From assembly GCA_964036045.1 (NCBI GenBank), contig OZ038378.1, positions 196,974,001 to 197,038,000 of the forward strand: 64,000 nt of DNA, given 5' to 3'. Below the pieces are notes generated by a model. It worked only from the letters and a program-made list of their open reading frames with translations. It ran no database searches and was not told where the DNA came from. Numbering within the stretch: position 1 is the stretch's first letter; every line of letters starts with the position of its first letter. The stretch comes from Eutreptiella sp. 'Long Island Sound 2002'. Its lineage: Eukaryota > Protista > Euglenida. This document shows, piece after piece, positions 62,131 through 64,000 of this stretch. A program made the position numbers and the translations under genes.

Positions 62131-63435
62131 CAGGCCCAGATAACGATCGTAATTTTTCGTAATTTTCGTAATTGTCGTAATTTTCGGCGATCTTTTTATC
62201 GTTTTTGGCGCTGTGTGGTACGGTACATCTCTCCTTTCCACCTCACTGTCACTGTGCCCCCTCCCCCTTTCCCCTTCCCTGTCCCCTGTGCCCCTTCCCC
62301 ATTGCCTTCCCTGCCCACAACCCCTTTGTTGCGTGTGCATGTGTGGCTGTGATGTTTATGTGGCAGGCAATTTTTTTTCCTTTTCGCTCTTTGTCTCCAT
62401 GAGCAAAAAGAAGGGAACGCTATCCTCTGCCAAAAAAAAAAAGGACACTGGCCTTGGACCCCCCTTGTTGCTGATTTCTGGCCTCTGGACCCCCCCCCCC
62501 ATGTTGCTGATTTTTGCCATGTGGACCCCCTTGTTTGTGCCCGAACTTTGCAAGTATTTGATCCCAAGCAATTGCCACTCCGGGATACAACGTGGGAGAA
62601 AAATAAGGAGATCTTTGGTTTCTCCGACACAATGCGGGCTGACTGGGAACTCTATGTCAACATGCACAGCCAGAAGGCCAAGCAAGTTGAGGATCCAATG
62701 CAGCTTTGGTCAGCCCTGTCAGGTCCACTGTCGGAACTGGTGGTGGCACTGCTTGGGATGCCAGTGACCAGCGCGGACGTGGAGCGCTCATTCAGCCTTG
62801 CTGGTTTGCTGGATGACCCGAATCGGGGCAACACGCGCCCTGATTTGCGTCGCTGTGCCGTGGCACTCTTCGTGAACGGTGACGTTGAAGGAGGTTTCTA
62901 GTGGCTCGACTTCCACATCTTCCCTCGTCCTCCACCTCTTCCCTCGTCCTCCACCTCTTCCCTCGTCCTCCACCTCTTCCCTCGTCCTCCACCTCTTCCC
63001 TCGTCTTCCACCTCTTCCCTCGTCTTCCCAAACCCTTGAGTGCCGGGGTCCCTCTTCTTCCTCTACAAGGCCTCCCCTACATGCAAACATCCCCTTCCCC
63101 GGATCGTGTTCTTGGATCCAAACCATGCGTAGGGGGAGGAAGCGGCCATGGGCGGCCAGTTTTCGATGCCGCGGACCAGCAGTGGAGGGTCCCCTTTTTT
63201 TTGGTCCACATGCTCACTTCTCTAAGCCACCGCGTCCCTACATACACAACAATCATTGAGACATGCACGTCCCTTGCCCCTATTGCCAATTTTTAGGCTT
63301 GAAAACAAGTGAAAACATGGGACGGTAGGGTAGTGAATGCTCCCGAAGCATCGTAACGAAATCGTAAAAAAACGCCGTAAAATCGTAAAAAAAATGCCGT
63401 AAAATCGTAATAAAAAAAATCGTAATCTGGGCCTG
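62131..63435 (+). mobile_element. Internally deleted hAT DNA transposon retaining the C-terminal dimerisation domain
   Basis: 17-bp TIR caggcccagat(a/t)acgat. 8-bp TSD ttctagca/tcctagct. Subterminal cgtaa repeats. ORF 62521-62901 reads LWSALSGPLSELVVALLGMPVTSADVERSFSLAG. Confidence 0.9.
62919..63029. repeat. 19-bp tandem repeat (cttccctcgtcctccacct), about 6 copies, inside the hAT element
   Basis: Read directly; period 19. Confidence 0.9.
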
Positions 63436-64000
63436 TCCTAGCTTTTTGAGTGTCCATTACCACCCTGCCTCTCTTCTTGATGCATCACCAGTGAGCGGAG
63501 GAACCGACATGCACTTTCTAAATGTCCATTTTTCTTCTTCTCTTGATGATTCATCGATAAAGCCGCTCTTGTTGTTTTGCCCGCTTGCATGCTTGGCTCA
63601 CTAGGCTATTGGCTTGAAACGGTTGGGTATGAAGGGAGACCAAGATGCTATTTCCATGCTCTCATATTATCACCGTTCCGAAAGAGCAATCACTTTTCAT
63701 TTTGTGTTAATGTCGACTTCTTTTGCTTCTTCCACATGTTGTTTTTGTTTGATGCTGGTGTGAGTATTGGAACGGCGAAAGGTGAGGGGCCAATGAGGAA
63801 CTAGGGGAGTGTAATTACGTTGATCTTTTGTGTGATTCTTTCTGTTGTGTGCCGGTATATTGGTGTGCATTGACACCCCCATTGCACAACCTGTCGTGCT
63901 CGCCATCAGAGACACTTTCCATTCAGCCTTGAAAAAAGGCCATTGTGGTACCAAAATAGGGCCAAAAGGGGGTTTTCAAAATGTTTCTTTGCTGTAGGTG

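Noticed and set aside
1-64000. tRNA, rRNA or spliced-leader RNA genes
   Set aside because: None recognised by eye; tRNAscan-SE or Infernal would be needed to exclude them.

Overview
Eukaryotic nuclear DNA with GT-AG introns, interstitial TTAGGG and many G/C-run MITEs. A euglenid-like protist origin is my inference from sequence style only. Host genes: (1) a minus-strand PPP-family Ser/Thr protein phosphatase spread over about 28 kb (about 57.8k to 30070), with a phase-consistent exon chain and one 14.9-kb intron packed with retroelements; (2) a small two-exon minus-strand gene with RRM-like repeats (9590-8621). The rest is mostly mobile DNA: a pogo remnant, a gag(CCHC)+RT remnant, several non-LTR (LINE) fragments, three Penelope-like RTs, an internally deleted hAT element, hAT-type MITEs with 8-bp TSDs, and a TIR element associated with telomeric hexamers. 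Strongest candidates for something new: a ubiquitin-like domain ending in di-Gly (RLTGG) in frame inside a LINE ORF2 whose RT also carries a 187-codon spacer before YADD, and two divergent Penelope-like RTs that both have (F/Y)RDN instead of YxDD. Also notable is the match between hAT TSD geometry and euglenid nonconventional introns. No database searches were run; family assignments rest on motifs read by eye.
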